A stretch of DNA of 64,000 nucleotides from Takakia lepidozioides (lineage: Eukaryota > Plantae > Bryophyta), in NCBI GenBank assembly GCA_030704615.1, contig CM060734.1, positions 38,254,001 through 38,318,000 on the forward strand. Reading direction: 5' to 3'. The position numbers and the translations under genes were made by a program. The notes below the pieces were generated by a model. The model was given only the letters and a program-made list of their open reading frames with translations. It searched no databases and was not told where the DNA came from. Below are positions 24,172 through 38,271 of this stretch, in pieces. Position 1 is the first letter of the stretch. Each line of letters opens with the position of its first letter.

Positions 24172-27100
24172 ATGAACAGTACACAACATCGCGCTCCCGC
24201 TTCCCGCTGCGTCTTCGGTATAATTTCTCTCTCCTCTGTCCCGCTGGGTCACTGTACTGTGCAGTTGCATGTGCGGATTGTGGTCGACATGGAGAGGTTT
24301 CTGCTGTTGATGGTGGCACGCCTGTTGGGCCGGGGCTGTCTGTTGTAACTACGCATCTGTGATTGACCAAGTGGTTGCCAATATTTGCAGTGGGTAATAT
24401 ACCGTACGATGCGACAGAGGAGCAGCTTGTGCATATATGTGAAGAGGTCGGCCCGGTCGTAAGCTTCCGGTACATGCTCTTGGCTTGTTCTCAGGGCTTT
24501 TGATGGTATGCAGATTATGTACAACAAGGGAGGCACTTGTGTTTACCGAGATGCAAGTGTTTGTTGAATTTGCACTTTTTGGGTTCATGTGCGTGTGCAG
24601 ACTGGTGTCGGACAGAGAAACTGGGAAGCCGAAAGGTTATGGCTTTTGCGAGTTCAGAGACGAGGAGACAGCTTTGAGCGCACGTCGCAATCTGCAGGGC
24701 TACGAAATCAACGGGCGTCAGCTTCGAGTGGACTTTGCGGAGAACGAGAAGGGCGGTGGAGATCGCAGCCGAGATCAGGTTCCTTCTCTTAGGGTTTCGT
24801 CCACACTTCGAACATCAAATGTGATTCAAATATCGTGAGACTGCTCATCTAGTAACGGGGATTACTCTAATTGTAAAACAATTTCGGGCAAACCATTCGA
24901 CGATGACATCTCGAATCTGGTTTTAAAGTCCGAACGATTTGACCTGTGATCCCGCTTATCATTTCAGGGGGCTTGCATTGCAGGGTAGGGGTGGGCCAGG
25001 CCTGCCGACAAGCGGCTTCACTGCTGGTGAGATATCTGTCTGCCTGTTAACAATCTGTCTTCCAGTTCCCCATCGTCCAATCAGGTGTAGCTTTGTATAC
25101 TTCATGTTCTGCTTTTCTTTGGGCCCAAGCCTTTCTCTATCCCTTGTGTAATCTAAGGAAGCAAATGCTGTGCAGTAAGGGTGGAAATGTTATGACACTG
25201 TAGGTTAGACTCACTCAGTCGGGACTCTTAAGAAGCGGTCGTGCTGGTGGGGTTTGCTGCAGACACACAGAGACACGTGGTGGCAGGGCAAACAGCAGGA
25301 GGGACAGAGCCGCAGGAGGGTGGGCATCCTGTGATGGGCCACTCTGTTGGTGCTGCGGCTGCCTCCTTCATGACAGGCAGCTTGGGAGACAGCCAGTACC
25401 AGGTACATGACATAAGACTGTGATATGCAATAGGATTAGATTCTATTGCAAACCATCAAAGCTCTGAGACCTGGCATGTTGATTTTGCATTATCCCTGTT
25501 AAGTATGTTGACTCACCCAGTTATGCACTTGCTTGTAGTATGGTGCAACAATGAATGGGCATTCAGTCCCTGTGGCCAATGGGAGCCCAGGCGGGGCAGG
25601 AGGAAACGAGGCTCTTACCAGTAGCTTGGCTGGGATGTCCAATCACCAGATGTATGAGGTCATGGTGCAGATGAAAGTATGACCTCTCCCATCCGCATTC
25701 TGTCAGCATGCACAAGCTTAGACTCGCATGTCCTGTCTATTGTTGGTTACCTGGTTCTCACTCAAAGTTTTTGGTTTTGAGCTGTGGGAGTGAGTATGTA
25801 TGTTTCTTTTCCACAATCTTCTGACGGTTATTGCATAGGCCTACTGTGCATGTTCAGCTAGCAGGACAAGGGCTATGGGTGTTTTGTTTCTTGGTACATA
25901 GCAGTTGGGGAGACTGGCAGTAGATAGTATATGGCAACATAGTGATTGATGACTGGTGTTTGCAATGGAGTACAGACAATGATACAACAGAATCCGCAGC
26001 AAGTTCGCCAATTGCTCATTGGTAATCCCCAGGTCGCTAAAGCTCTCTTTCAGGTTGTCTTTCCACCCTCTGCTCCCTGGTTGAGAGGCCAGAATACTTC
26101 TATTCTTGAGCTTCTCATGATGTTACATCAATTTAGGGCAAGTGTGTTGGTTGTTGAGTTCTTATCTCTATTGGGATGAGATGTGCCTTTTAATTATTGG
26201 CGAGTTAGGATTGATCCTGAACGAGTTAGTGTCATCTGGCTTGGGGTTTACATTGGTTTTACAAACTTTGCATAACCACTTCTGATTGGAGACAGAAAAG
26301 GCTGAATCCATTAGCATTCACTTTGTTGGTGTGTATGCACCCTTGGCAGCCTTGTTTATTGAATGTGTTATATCGCAAATCAGAGGTGTTTGGAATGAAA
26401 ATAGTGATACTGAATATGGTTGGCAACATTGCATAATTGGTACAGGCTCAGATCATGTTGGGGATGGTGCGTGCCCCTAACATGGTAGGCCATCTAACCC
26501 TCCACTTTCTGGTTGTGATCAGACATATATTGTCTTCTAAGAATGCTCATCAGTTATCACCACACACTGCCCAGCAAGTTCTAAGCCGGAAGCCACTGCA
26601 GAGTACGGGTTCCATAAGTATCACTCCTGGCTTTGCACAGCTAACAACTGCGAGGCAAAGAGTTGAATGGAAGGCAAAAGAGCCTTGTTCACTTATCCAC
26701 CCTATAAGACACTGAGGGGCTGGGCTCCTTTGACCACCTTCTACTGCCTAGCTTATAACACTCAAACAAGTTCATAGTACACCAGATAGCAATAGTTGGG
26801 AGTCATGTGTAGCTATTCCCATCAGCCAGATATCAAGGCAACCCAAGGCTGATCTTGTCTTGGAGGCTTCAAGCACATGGGTTTGGGTACCTTGTGATTT
26901 TCAGTTGCAAAGAGACCAGGAGTTACATTTCTGCAATCTCACTGGGTTATGCTCTGTTTAATTGCAGAATCAGTTGGATATTAGCTCCCAAGGCTCACAA
27001 CCGCAATCACAGGTGGGCCCTTCTCCAGCAACCAACTCAATGCTACATCCGCCATTGCCACCACACCCCAGACCAGTAGCTATGCCGCCCGCTGGCATAC

Positions 27101-29591
27101 TTGGTCAGGTTCAGCAGACAAGTTCTCAGCAAACTATTGGCTTTCATCCACCTGCTCAGCAGCAGCAGCTGCATCAGCAAACATTTCAGGTACTTCCAAC
27201 TTCTGTTCAAGGGGCTCTCTATTGAGTACGTTAGTAATCTATTTGTATTCTTCAATACTCCATTTGCCCCCCCCGGGGGGGGGGGGTCATAGTGATGTTT
27301 GAGACCAGCCAGGGTAGGATTAGTCCTGCAATTGGCTGTGAGAGAGCTATGTCAAGTTTAGATTGTGCATTATCACAACCCCTTTGAGGCACAACAGCTC
27401 CTGATTCAGAAACATTCACAGTGAGACCCCGTCCCCTTGGGCTCCCTTATGTCAGTGCAAGTGCCAGCCATAGTGCCCATATAGAGTAATTCTAAGGAAG
27501 GGTTGTTGTAGTCTAAGGTAGCGCTAGGAAAAAAGTGGGGAGTTAATGTGGGCAGATGAATCTTGTGGTTATATGAAGGTTGTGGGGTGATGTGGAACAA
27601 GGGCAATAGCCCGTCTATGATGAATATATGAACCAGTACGTTCTGTGCTTGCCCCTTTCCCCTTTCACCCTTCTTAAATAAAATGGAAGTTGTTGCAGCA
27701 AGGAGGACTGGTACAGACCAGTCCAATGGGGATGACATATCCACAACATGGTTTACCCCCAGGCCAGCTGCCTCCCCAGCAACAACAGTACCAGGTATTC
27801 CGAGGAATGACTCACAAATTGGTTCTAGATTACTCTTCAGATAGTTATTTGTTTGTCCAACAATGAAATGCAAAGTTGTCGTTGTCCTGGATTGATGCTG
27901 TTGTCTATGATGGAGGTAGCTAGATAGTTCTATGTGATAGTTCTTCCTTGTGTTAATTGAGGCATAGGGTCCATTTCTGCTAACTGGAGTTCTGTCTGTC
28001 TTGTTCAAGCAAGCTTTGGATGTGTATGCCATGGTCAGCTGGCTAAGTTGTCAAAGTTTGTCGCAAGGTGGGTGGGTTGGTACAAATATGAGAATCTGAT
28101 TGTTTGTGGTTGCAGATGATGGCGTCAAATGTGGCTCGCATGGGCAGTGACTTGGGGGCTGGAGCCCCGTCAATGAGCCAGAACAGCTTGCCTGGTAACA
28201 CCGGGGGAGCTGTTGGGATGGGACCTGGGGGCACAGCTCACTTGGGTAGAGGTCCTAGCATGCCACAGGCAGGAGGACATATGAGTGGGATTGTCCCTGG
28301 CCTACCTTTGAACCAGGTTTCCCAACCTTCAAGTGGGCCCATGGGTGGGATTCCAGGTGGCGCTATGCATGGCATGGTGCCCATGGCAACAATGGGAAAT
28401 GGCCATCCCATGGGCGCTCCTGCACCAATGCCAGGGGGTCTCCCAGGGATGGGAGCCCCTACCTTGATAGCTGACAATAATCCCAGGCCGAGTTACATGG
28501 GTCTAAGTGGGGTGGGCCATCCTGGGCCATTAGACAGAGGGTTAGGAGCTACCGGGTCTTCACCTCAACCACAGGGATATGGGCAAGTTGCCCATCAAGT
28601 GCTGCTGCCCCAGCAGCAACCTCAGGTACTATGGATTGACAAACTTGGAAATCACAGATTGATTTGTATCACCTGCCTGAGCATAGTCGAAATCTGTAGC
28701 TGGACAGCAAGGGAAGTGGAATGGGTTGATGCACTTACCTATGTCAGTGACAGCCCTATGTCAAGGAGAATATTTACCTTCCCAATAAATGAGTCTTTTC
28801 CACAGGCCAAGATCATTATGTATAATTTCACATGGTCTTTGCACCTGGCAGCTGCTGTTCTGCTCAAATCAGTTCTATCTGCTAGTTGGATCTATCTATC
28901 AATAAAAAAAGACTGCCTTCAAGAAAGGGATGTACACTTTCATGATGTGTTCAAGTTTGTGGGTACATGTTGTGAGTCTCTGCATGCCTTGTGCTCTTTA
29001 GCATGAAGTGCTCAATGTGCTGAAATATGCATCATTCCAGATTTGTCATTCTGGCTTACATTTCTTTTGAGAGCTCTTGAGCTCATGAAACAAGTGAGCA
29101 AGCAAGCATCCAGGTTGCATCGTCCAGAGTAGGTGGAGTATCTTGTTTCCATTTCTGCATTGAAGTGAATTTGGTCTATGTTGGATGTACTGGCAAATTT
29201 TCCTGGGGAACTTCATGAAGAACATCAAATGTATTGAACTCTTCAGAGACTGATGGACCTGGCTGGCACAAACCACATCCGTTACCCACTATGGATTCCT
29301 GGGCACCGGGGTGGTGTAGTAACGTATTGTCCGCTCACCACTTTCTAGTCAGTTTATGAATCAATCACTCTGAATAAGTCAGTGGCTGTGGGAAGGCTGG
29401 AAGAAAGCATGTGAAAGACAATGATACTTATTATACAGGAGGGAATGTGTGGTTGCTAGGTACTTGGAGAGCTGGAGCAGCAGAAGGCATTGCTGCAACA
29501 AGTTTTGAGTCTCACGGCTGACCAGATCAATTCCTTGCCCCCAGATCAACGTCAGCAAGTGCTGCAGCTGCAACAGGCCTTACGGACGTAA
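24172..29591 (+). CDS. CSTF64: Cleavage stimulation factor 64 kDa subunit, about 566 aa, 12 exons
   Basis: Exons: 24172-24217, 24391-24469, 24601-24778, 24984-25026, 25263-25402, 25539-25676, 25976-26053, 26446-26484, 26968-27189, 27699-27794, 28116-28625, 29460-29591 (1701 nt). RRM: [17 protein letters not shown]...[15 protein letters not shown]...[10 protein letters not shown]. Hinge: [13 protein letters not shown]-terminal: [27 protein letters not shown]. Confidence 0.95.
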
Positions 29592-31031
29592 TGACCAATG
29601 ACTAAGAACTACTTTTTCTTTTTGGGTTCCCTAATTGGAGGTGTCCTCTTGTTCCCGAATTATCTGTATTCAAGCAGAATGAGCACATGCAGGTGTTGCA
29701 TCTATTGTGCAAGGCTCTTCAGAATCACGGGACATAATTCAGATCAGGCTGTGACCAGCCAATGTCTCCAGTATTTCTTCATTTCGAGGTCATTCACGGA
29801 GAGAAGCAATCTCTTGCTAGCCATGAAATTCCGTGAAAAGTTGCTGGCAGTTGCTGAGATCTGGTCCTAGTTTGTTAAATGATTATTGTTGGGAGTGAAT
29901 GGCTTAGTTAAGAAACTGTTTTGTGTGGAGTTCCAAAGATTAATGGTATGATTTCTTAAATGCTTCATATGGAACGTGCTGCTGGATGCAAACCATCATA
30001 ATGTTCATGGGAATTACACGATATTCCAACAGTCTACCAAGTGAATTGTGATCAGAGATCAGTTTTGCCACCCATGGAATGCAGACAATGGTGTATTGGC
30101 AGTCAGGCTTCTGCTTGCTCCTTTTGTTTGTGTAAACACTGCCCCTTTGGCAGCCCATATATGAACACAATGAGGGAAAAACCTCCCCCCCTTTCTGTGC
30201 ACCCCCACTTGGAGAGTGGACTACTATAAACAGGACTTTCACATGTTTCATTTTACCCATAATCATCTCATTTTGCCATTCACACTGCACAACACACACC
30301 AAGGGCATCACCTAGGTTTTTCCTATTGCTTTCTGGAGGAAACAGAAGACCTCCTCAATATGGAGGAGCTCCTCTCTTTCCCAAAGTCCATCAAGTGAAG
30401 ATCTTAAATGTATGGTGAGTCAGTCATTTGCACTCCACAAAAGGGAATAGGAACTAGGCATACTTACTTACATGCAACGGTGGTGTTTTGCTTTCCTGTG
30501 GAGGGGTCAGCACTCTGTGCTGTGGGCACAAAGACAAACTAAAGAAGTTGCAGTTTCATTCACTGTTGGGAGCTATACCACCCATTAGCTCATTTGCACC
30601 AATCAACAAAACATTATACCTCCATCCTGACACTCAGAGCTCCATAACTTTGGGTCTGGGAGAGTCCAGCATGAGTGTTGTTTGTGTTTTGAATCATGTC
30701 TGTATCCAGGTACAGAAACATAATACATAACTACCACATCCATCGCCACCCAGAGTTTCAATGTTTCGGGACTCAGTCAATGACTTGACTTCCACATATC
30801 CCAATGTGGCTAAGGTTGCAATGTAACGGCTTCAGTCAAAGGCAAGACCGAGCCACCACTGGACATCAAAACGAATCTGCACGAAAATGTCAGAAGACCA
30901 AGAGCTCTTATTGCTAAATCAGGCAAACCTCCTCAAACCTCTGCAAAGTAGCTGAAGAAGAGAAAGGCTCACTGAAAAATCTGTAATGGCAGGCAGATAA
31001 TGTTGGAGGAAGAAGCAGGGTTTGCTTAAGC

Positions 31032-34000
31032 ATGGCGTTGAGGGTGATCACACCAGTGGGGTGCAGCAGAGGAGATTTGGTGCATCGAGTGACATGGGTG
31101 AGGGCGGAGGGTGGTGCAGCGCGGGTGTGCATGGTAGCGCAGCCGTGGCAGTCTCTTGGCCTCCAGTGGACATCTCTCTTCAGTGTCTGTGAGACATTTC
31201 AGCCAAGAAGTGAAAAGAAAGAAACCCAATTTCGATTGAATGCGTCTGCAGAACTTGCAAGCGGCGGTGGGGACGACGGTGGCAGGGGTGTGAAGGGCGG
31301 TGGTGGGGATGGTGAAGGGGATGGGGACGGGGATGACAGCACGGAGGGCGCTGGCGCTGGGAACAGTGCGGAGGCCCTGCTGGTTCTGTCTAGTGCGGGG
31401 CGAGCGCTTCAGGAATTGCCGGGAGATCTCGCATATGCAATTAAGGATGGACGCATTACTGGGGCGATTGTCCAGCGCTATCTGGAGCTGGAAAAGTCCC
31501 CCTTTTTGGCATGGTTGTTGCGTTTTGGCGGCTTCAAGGAGCGCCTACTGGCTGACGACCTTTTCCTGACCAAAGTCGGCATTGAGTGCGGTGTTGGTCT
31601 TTTCACCAAGGTCAATCTCTCTCATTCAGGCTTCGTTTGGTTTGGGTGATGTTCAAGGCACGGTAGTGTAAGTGTTTGAATCCCTTTCGGCTTGGAGGAA
31701 GATAGAGATAGAGATCAAGAGGCTGTAGCTCTGTTTTCCTCTTTCTTCTTCCTTCACCTATGACGCACATGGACTGATTACAAGTATATGAGGTCGAACT
31801 GGACACCATAAGATGCCTTTCCAAATCCCCAACAGTACTGCGAGGCTCATCCAGTATAGAAAACACAGGCTGAATGCAGTCTCAATTCCATCGACAGGCT
31901 ACAGACTCCATTATCTGGTACCTTCTGAAAACCCCGAGAGCTTACATCCCCTCCCTTATATCCCGCCTGGCATGCCTACGTTGCTTCCCTCCACCACAAA
32001 CACGGTATTCACCGGGTACAAATTGCCACGTTTGCCTCCAACCCCAACACCTCACCCATTTCAGAATATTGCTACCGCCATCAAGAAGCCCAGAGTGGAA
32101 GGCACATATGCAGTAGCCACCCTGGCTCCCCTCATAGTTCGTCTGTTTAGCGACATGGCGGGTGAAAGGTTCCATAAGGAACTGGACACCCAGGCACCAT
32201 ACATCGAGTCTTCAACTACAAGACAATAGTGGTGTCATTCTCACCAAGTTATGGTTGTTATGCAACTGAGCACTGGGCTAACTCAGCAGGGATCACAGCG
32301 GACGGTCAAGCTGGTTTCAGCTAGAGAAGCTCTACATTAGATCACCTTGGTACTCTGCAGATCATAACTGAAAGTGCAAGACAACCACGAAATCTGCAGG
32401 CCATGACAAGAGACAGATTCAAGAGAGGACTCAAGAGGTTCTACTTGATTGCTCAAACTCCAGGGGAAGGGAATTGCAGCAAGCTCAATATCAGAGACAC
32501 AACCCTCTGGAAGTCCCTTATCGACTCAGTCCACAACACTATGGAAGTGGATGATTGGGGGCTAGGTTTACATGGTTTCATGGAAGAGTATGGAGCCACC
32601 CTGCATCACTTTTGCGATATGATTGGGCTTGAAGCTCAACACCATTTGAGATTCTCTGGGCAGAATTAACACATTGATTAGAAGCCTTATTCAGGACCAT
32701 CATCTTATTCGGCATCACCCAGACCACCAGCGAGAGCATTAGCCAAGAGTGACTCATGAACTTGCCAGTTGAGAAGTTTTCTCCAACGACCCTGGACTGC
32801 CCACAGAAGTTCCATTGAATTCGTCCCCAGGGATTGTCATTGTGACAGGAACACTGCTGACCAGACAGCTGGAATATCCCTGTGAGACACACATGGGCCC
32901 GTCCCATGTGTGACCATCTCTCTTCTTATGTAGAGGGTCAATGGCCCCAAGGCTATGGCAATCAACGTCTTATGGGTACATTCTCTTCTTTTTTTAGAGG
33001 AAAGGAGCAAGACCCCATTCCCTCTCTTTGTCTTTCTCTGTCTCTGTTTCTCTCTCGAAAGGGTGATTGTCAGTGCCCAACGGCAAAGACAATATCTATT
33101 CTCTGATACAATGTCTTCGGTATTCTCATTGGAGAGCAACCCTCTTCAGGACCATCAAGAACAGGCAAGTGTGTCCACCAACGTTCGAATCTTGAGGCTG
33201 AGCCTAAAGCCCTGGCCCTGTTGGGGTCTAACCGAGGGGCAGATCACACACAGCAGATTGATGCTTGTGTGAAGTGCTTTCTAGAAGAAATCTGGAAAGC
33301 CCAAACAAATTGTTTATATCAAGGTAAGTCCCACTGCTGGAGTGAGCCCTCACAAAGGTAGTGTCTGTTTCATCTTGTTCTGGCCCAAGTGGGCGCGGGG
33401 TGTATGGCCACAAGGCTACGGAAACAAGGTCTTATGAATACATTCTCTTATATGCACGAGGCATCCCATTTGCAGGCAATGCTTGGAGTCTGTAGACTCT
33501 TTTGGTTATCTCTGTCTGTACTACCATGTCCCAGAGACCCTCTGAGCCTCCTGTGGACATTATATCTGCTGTCTTTTCTCTTTTCCTTATATTATAGAAT
33601 GTCAAGGTAAGGTGGCTCATGAGGTGATAAACAGTGTGGGGGTGCTGTGCAAGGAAATTGACACATTTCTTGTTGCCTGTGCGCAGACAGCAGCTGAGTT
33701 GGAGCGTCGACGGGAAAACTTTGGCAAAGAATTGGATTTTGTAGTTGCAGATGTGGTGAGTAGTGGCTTGTGGCCAGTGTGTACCTGATGGAAACATGAG
33801 TGTATGCAGTCTCTCAAGCTTCTGGACACTTCTTCTCACGTATGAGAAAACCAGCCTCCATTGTTCCATGTGCAATGACAGTTTCCTTCGAGATTCCTCC
33901 CTGAGTTCTGAGTTAAGGGGGAGATGGGCAATGCACGTGGGACAGGTGATGGCGCTGATTGCAGATTTTATGCTGGTGTGGTTGCCAGCACCAACTGTGT

Positions 34001-36001
34001 CGCTTCGTCCTCCGCTGGCTACAAATGCTGGCAAGCTTGCCAAGTTTTTCTCCAGTTGCCCTGACAATTCATTCCAGGTGAACCCAGAACTTGTAACTTC
34101 ACATGCGTTTTGTTGAGTCACCTCCCAACATGTGGTGTGTTGCTAGCATCTACATCTCTCTCTTTGGAAATCTTAGCTGAAGGAAGGTGTGGTGTCTGGG
34201 TGGAGTGCAGGTGGCTATCAGGGGCACCTCTTACTCGACTTTGCAACGCATTGGAGCTATGGTGGTACGTTCTCTTTCATTTTTGGCCAATTCACCATTG
34301 GAGAGAAGGCAGTCAAAAGAGAGAGTTTCTGGTCTAAATAACGTAGCAAGACTTCAGACTCTTTGTTACTGATTTATTAAGTGGTTGCCTTGTTCGTTCT
34401 CAGCGCAATGGAGGAAAGCTACTGGCAGTCGGTACCAGTGCATCTCTGGTCAGTTTCTTTCTAATTTCTTTGGAAATACGTGGTGATACTTCCCCCATTG
34501 CTCCTGGTTTTGATTGAGTCCTTATGCAAGAAATCTTGCCTTCAACAGTCATCCATGTGAAAGTTGCTACACAAGCAATCTTTATCTTGTAGACTTCAAC
34601 ATGGTTTTGTCTGCTAGGGATAACCCCTTTCTGAGAATTACTTCGAATTGGTATATGATCAATTTGTCCTCAGTGGGGTCCAACCAGAGCCTGCTTTTGA
34701 ATTGTCAGTGATGTGATGCTCTCTGGGTGTTGTGAAAGGCGAAGCTAGGTGAACCCAATGCATCAAGCTGTATACCCCACAAGTGGTGGTGCCACACAAT
34801 CCTAATTGAAGGTGTGTTCTGCAGGTGGGCACGGCTACCACAAACCTTCTCATTAGTATGCGTGGTGCATTGGACAAGAACTCTGGGGGAGCATCTGAGG
34901 ATCTTCCTATCATCTCCACAAGTCTGGCCTATGGTGTCTACATGGCGGTCTCGAGTAATTTCCGGTAGGGTACACAGACCTTCCCCCTGCCCTTGCCCTT
35001 GCCCTTGCCCTTATATAATCTACACCGCTTCACTAACTCAGTTCCTTCGAGCTTTCTTTTTCAACAATGCAACAATTCAACAATTCAACGTTTCTCTATC
35101 AGATCGAATAAGCCAACTCAAGAAAAGAGAGCCGAGGATTTCTGGGTTGACCGAACTCATTGTAGGCTCCGTAGCATATGAAAAAAGAGGAAAGAGTATA
35201 GTTCCCATCTATCCTTGAATAAACTTTCTGTGAACTGACAATCTTTTTTTCTCTTTGAAATTTTTTCCTCGAAAGCTGAACCAACAATTCTTTGGGGAAG
35301 CCTGAAACTGCTTACAGTTGTCCTTGTTAGTTGGCAATTTGTAACATTGCTATTCCAGAGAGTGACCAAAGACAGAACAGCAGGGATCCGGATGGCAGGG
35401 ATTCAGACATCTGCCACAGCTTTTCCTTACCCGTGTGGCTTTTCTTGGCTTTGATAAGATCTTTCGAGGAGAGTTCTCTCATAAAAGTTGATCCCTTTTC
35501 CTTTTTGGAAACACAGTGGGTCTCAATGGTAACAAGTGCGGATGGGAATGGTCACAGGTATCAAGTCTTGGCAGGGGTGGTCGAGCAGCGTGTGTTGGAA
35601 CCATGGCTGCACAACCAGAAGCTGTTACTGAGTGTGCTCTGCTTCGCAGTCCGTACGGGAAATACCTTTCTGGGCTCCTTGATGTGTGTTCTTCTCTCTC
35701 CCCCCTTTGTAAATTCTGTTGGCAATGGTGTCCTCAATCTGGATTGACTCTGAATTTTGGGTTGATGGGAGTTGTGCATGTTGTTGATTATGAATAGGTC
35801 TATTTGAAGTCTCGGCACTTTTCACCATCTGGAATTATCATGCTGCAAGTGTTAAAAATAAGAGGACAGCACATTGACCCATCATGCGAGAGGCATGGAA
35901 ATGAGGATGATACGTCTGCTTGAGCAACAGTTTTGCTGGTATGTGTGTGCAGGTGGGTCGATTATGCTCGCTTTGTGGGAGTACAGAAGGACCGAGAATA
36001 G
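31032..36001 (+). CDS. RER4: RETICULATA-RELATED 4-like chloroplast envelope protein (DUF3411), about 397 aa, 8 exons
   Basis: Exons: 31032-31610, 33687-33755, 33946-34077, 34211-34264, 34404-34448, 34825-34964, 35558-35683, 35953-36001 (1194 nt). It has a transit-peptide-like N-terminus, a Gly-rich linker, GFKERLLADDLFLTKVGIECGVG, ADFMLVWLPAPT and FAVRTGNTFLGSLMWVDYAR. Confidence 0.9.
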
Positions 36002-36513
36002 AGACCATTGGGAAGATTTCATCCCAACCATTCGTATTGCAGACTATCCCTGCCCATCTGTTATTGCCTTACTGTTGTAGGTAGTATTGGGAACAGTCTG
36101 TTTTCATTTAATCACCAGTGGTGTTTTCTTCAAATGGCGAAAGGCCTTTCACCCTTGACTGCCAAATCTACACCTCTGGCCACCTTTTAATTGATAACTA
36201 AGAAAACTATAAAACACTGTTGAGTCATGTTCCTAACTACATCCTAACTTTCAACCACAATTTCATGGCATTTTACTGGTATTGGACTTTTTTGTGAGCG
36301 TACAAAGTGTCTTCAACCTATGTGAGTATGAGAAAAACTCACAAACCTGTTTGAATTTTCAAAATGGTTACACCAAATCCCGTGTTGCATGTGTTGTCAT
36401 GTTTGCTACTTCCTAGTTTTTCAGATTTTGGGGGCAATATTTTGATACAGGGACCTCCTCCTCGGTGGCCTCCTTTGTAGTGATAGGCTCTAGCAGCTCA
36501 ACTTTATTGCATT

Positions 36514-37170
36514 TTATGCACCTTTCTGATGATGCATCCAACTGAGAAAAGAGGTCTCACTGGAAACCTTATGTTGCCCAAAACATAAGCTTACAAGATG
36601 ATCATGGCAGTCCCACCATTGACTGGGGTCGGAAAAGTGTTCATTCCAAAGCTTCTCCTCATCTCTGTTATCTGTTTTTGGATACTTTCCTGCTGCCACA
36701 TTGGCAGTAACTTGTCAAAGTCACTGCAAACCACCACAGATCCACCCAACTAGCTCACTTACAGAATTCAATATGCATCTCAGGGCCGAGTCTGATGAGG
36801 GGGCAAAACAGGTTGAAATAGGTTGAAGAAGAAGGTGCCCTCACCGCATTGTCCTTGTGACCCATGGAGGGTTTTACCAACCATCAACCCAAAAGGACCT
36901 CTTGGGTGTGCTGCTTGTGTCTGTAGTCAGGTAATGTCGGATTGGTCTGTGAGAACCTCCATGGTGCAGCTGAGCAGGCAGAGATTGAAACACGGCTGCT
37001 AAGACCAAGCTGGCTCTCCCAAGAACCTTGTAAACATCAGGAATAATACCAAATCATGGTACTAACAGGAGCCAAGAGCCCACATTTGCACGATGGACAA
37101 ACTTCTTCACATTGTACATTAAGAAAAAGCCACACCTTGCGATTGCGGTTGTCTCACCATCGTGCAAATT
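36514..37170 (-). pseudogene. OSB/PTAC9-like organellar ssDNA-binding protein pseudogene (PDF motifs)
   Basis: The minus strand reads RW*DNRNRK, then a GT-AG intron (37135-36947), then TNPTLPDYRHKQHTQE, a frameshift and WVDGW*NPPWV. A second motif reads EEKLWNEHFSDPSQWWDCH...QHKVSSE. Both match the W-W-D-N-R-x-x-K-x-N-P-x-x-P-D-F-K-H-K PDF motif. Confidence 0.75.
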
Positions 37171-38271
37171 CCAGCTGTGAGATCAGTGGTATCATGATTC
37201 AGTCCATTTGCATCTACAAAGCAAAGCCAAGGCAAGGATTCATACAGAGACACCTTTAGCATGCCTCATCCCATACTGGAACACCAGAAAGAAGCCTACA
37301 ACCAAAATATCCGTAAGCCAGCACCAGTGCCATTGCTTCCCAGGTTGCCACAATACACCTATACACAGCAATTAATGTGCAAAGCTAATCCTACCATGAA
37401 ATGATGATGGCGACCATACTGTAGCAGACAAGAGCCCAAAAGGCTCAAACCCAGGCAGCGTGGTGCTCTTGTTTCAGTTGCCCAAAATTATGATGATGGA
37501 GGTGGGAACAACAAGAGCTCAACCAGTATAAGAGTTTCACTCGAGTCTTTGAAAGTCGCCGTTTGTCACCAGGAGCTGCAATGCTGGTGACTTGGCCATG
37601 GATGGCCCCGTTGGCGAGAGGTTGCCGGCGAGGATTACTGCTCTACGCTAAACTAGTCTCCGACCTTCGGTCGTCGTTAGAATATATAAATCTACATGGA
37701 TTAAAACAGATGAAAAAGGAAAAAAAAGAAACAGTGGCCCTGAAAGAACTTTATTTGGAATTATTGAGGGGAAAAAATTAACACCCCAAGGCACACACAC
37801 ACAACCCCTCAGAATGTTTTTAAATTGCAACATATTTTTAGTTTTAGTTCTTAGTTGACATTTTCCACCAATGTGACATCTTCTTTTTAATTAATTTGAC
37901 TAAAAATGCCTTTTTTATTATTATTATTAATAAAAAGGCGTTGGCCAATTGATTAAAGGGCCTCTGTCCCTTTCCATTAAAAAAACAAAAGTCCCGTTCT
38001 CTAAAAAACCCAAAAAAAAAAGTTGAAATTATTTTATCACACTGACCGAGGCTGGATGGTTGTCCGACCAAACCCATTGTGCAGCGTTGGCGATACAAGA
38101 GACTTGTCTCTCTGGGCTTCGCACGGGAATTGGCAGGCTGGAGCTGTTTCCTCTCTCTTTGCCTCACAATGAATTTGTGGGTTTCTTGCAGGAGGAGAAG
38201 TCTACAGCAGTGGATAGATTTTTAGGTCACAACGAGTCAGAAGATTTTGCTTTTTGATCCAGTTCGAAGCG

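Noticed and set aside
27267-27286. C8-G12 homopolymer palindrome in a CstF64 intron
   Set aside because: Simple sequence with no supporting context.
33432-34121. 229-aa minus-strand ORF
   Set aside because: Antisense shadow of RER4 exons 2-3.
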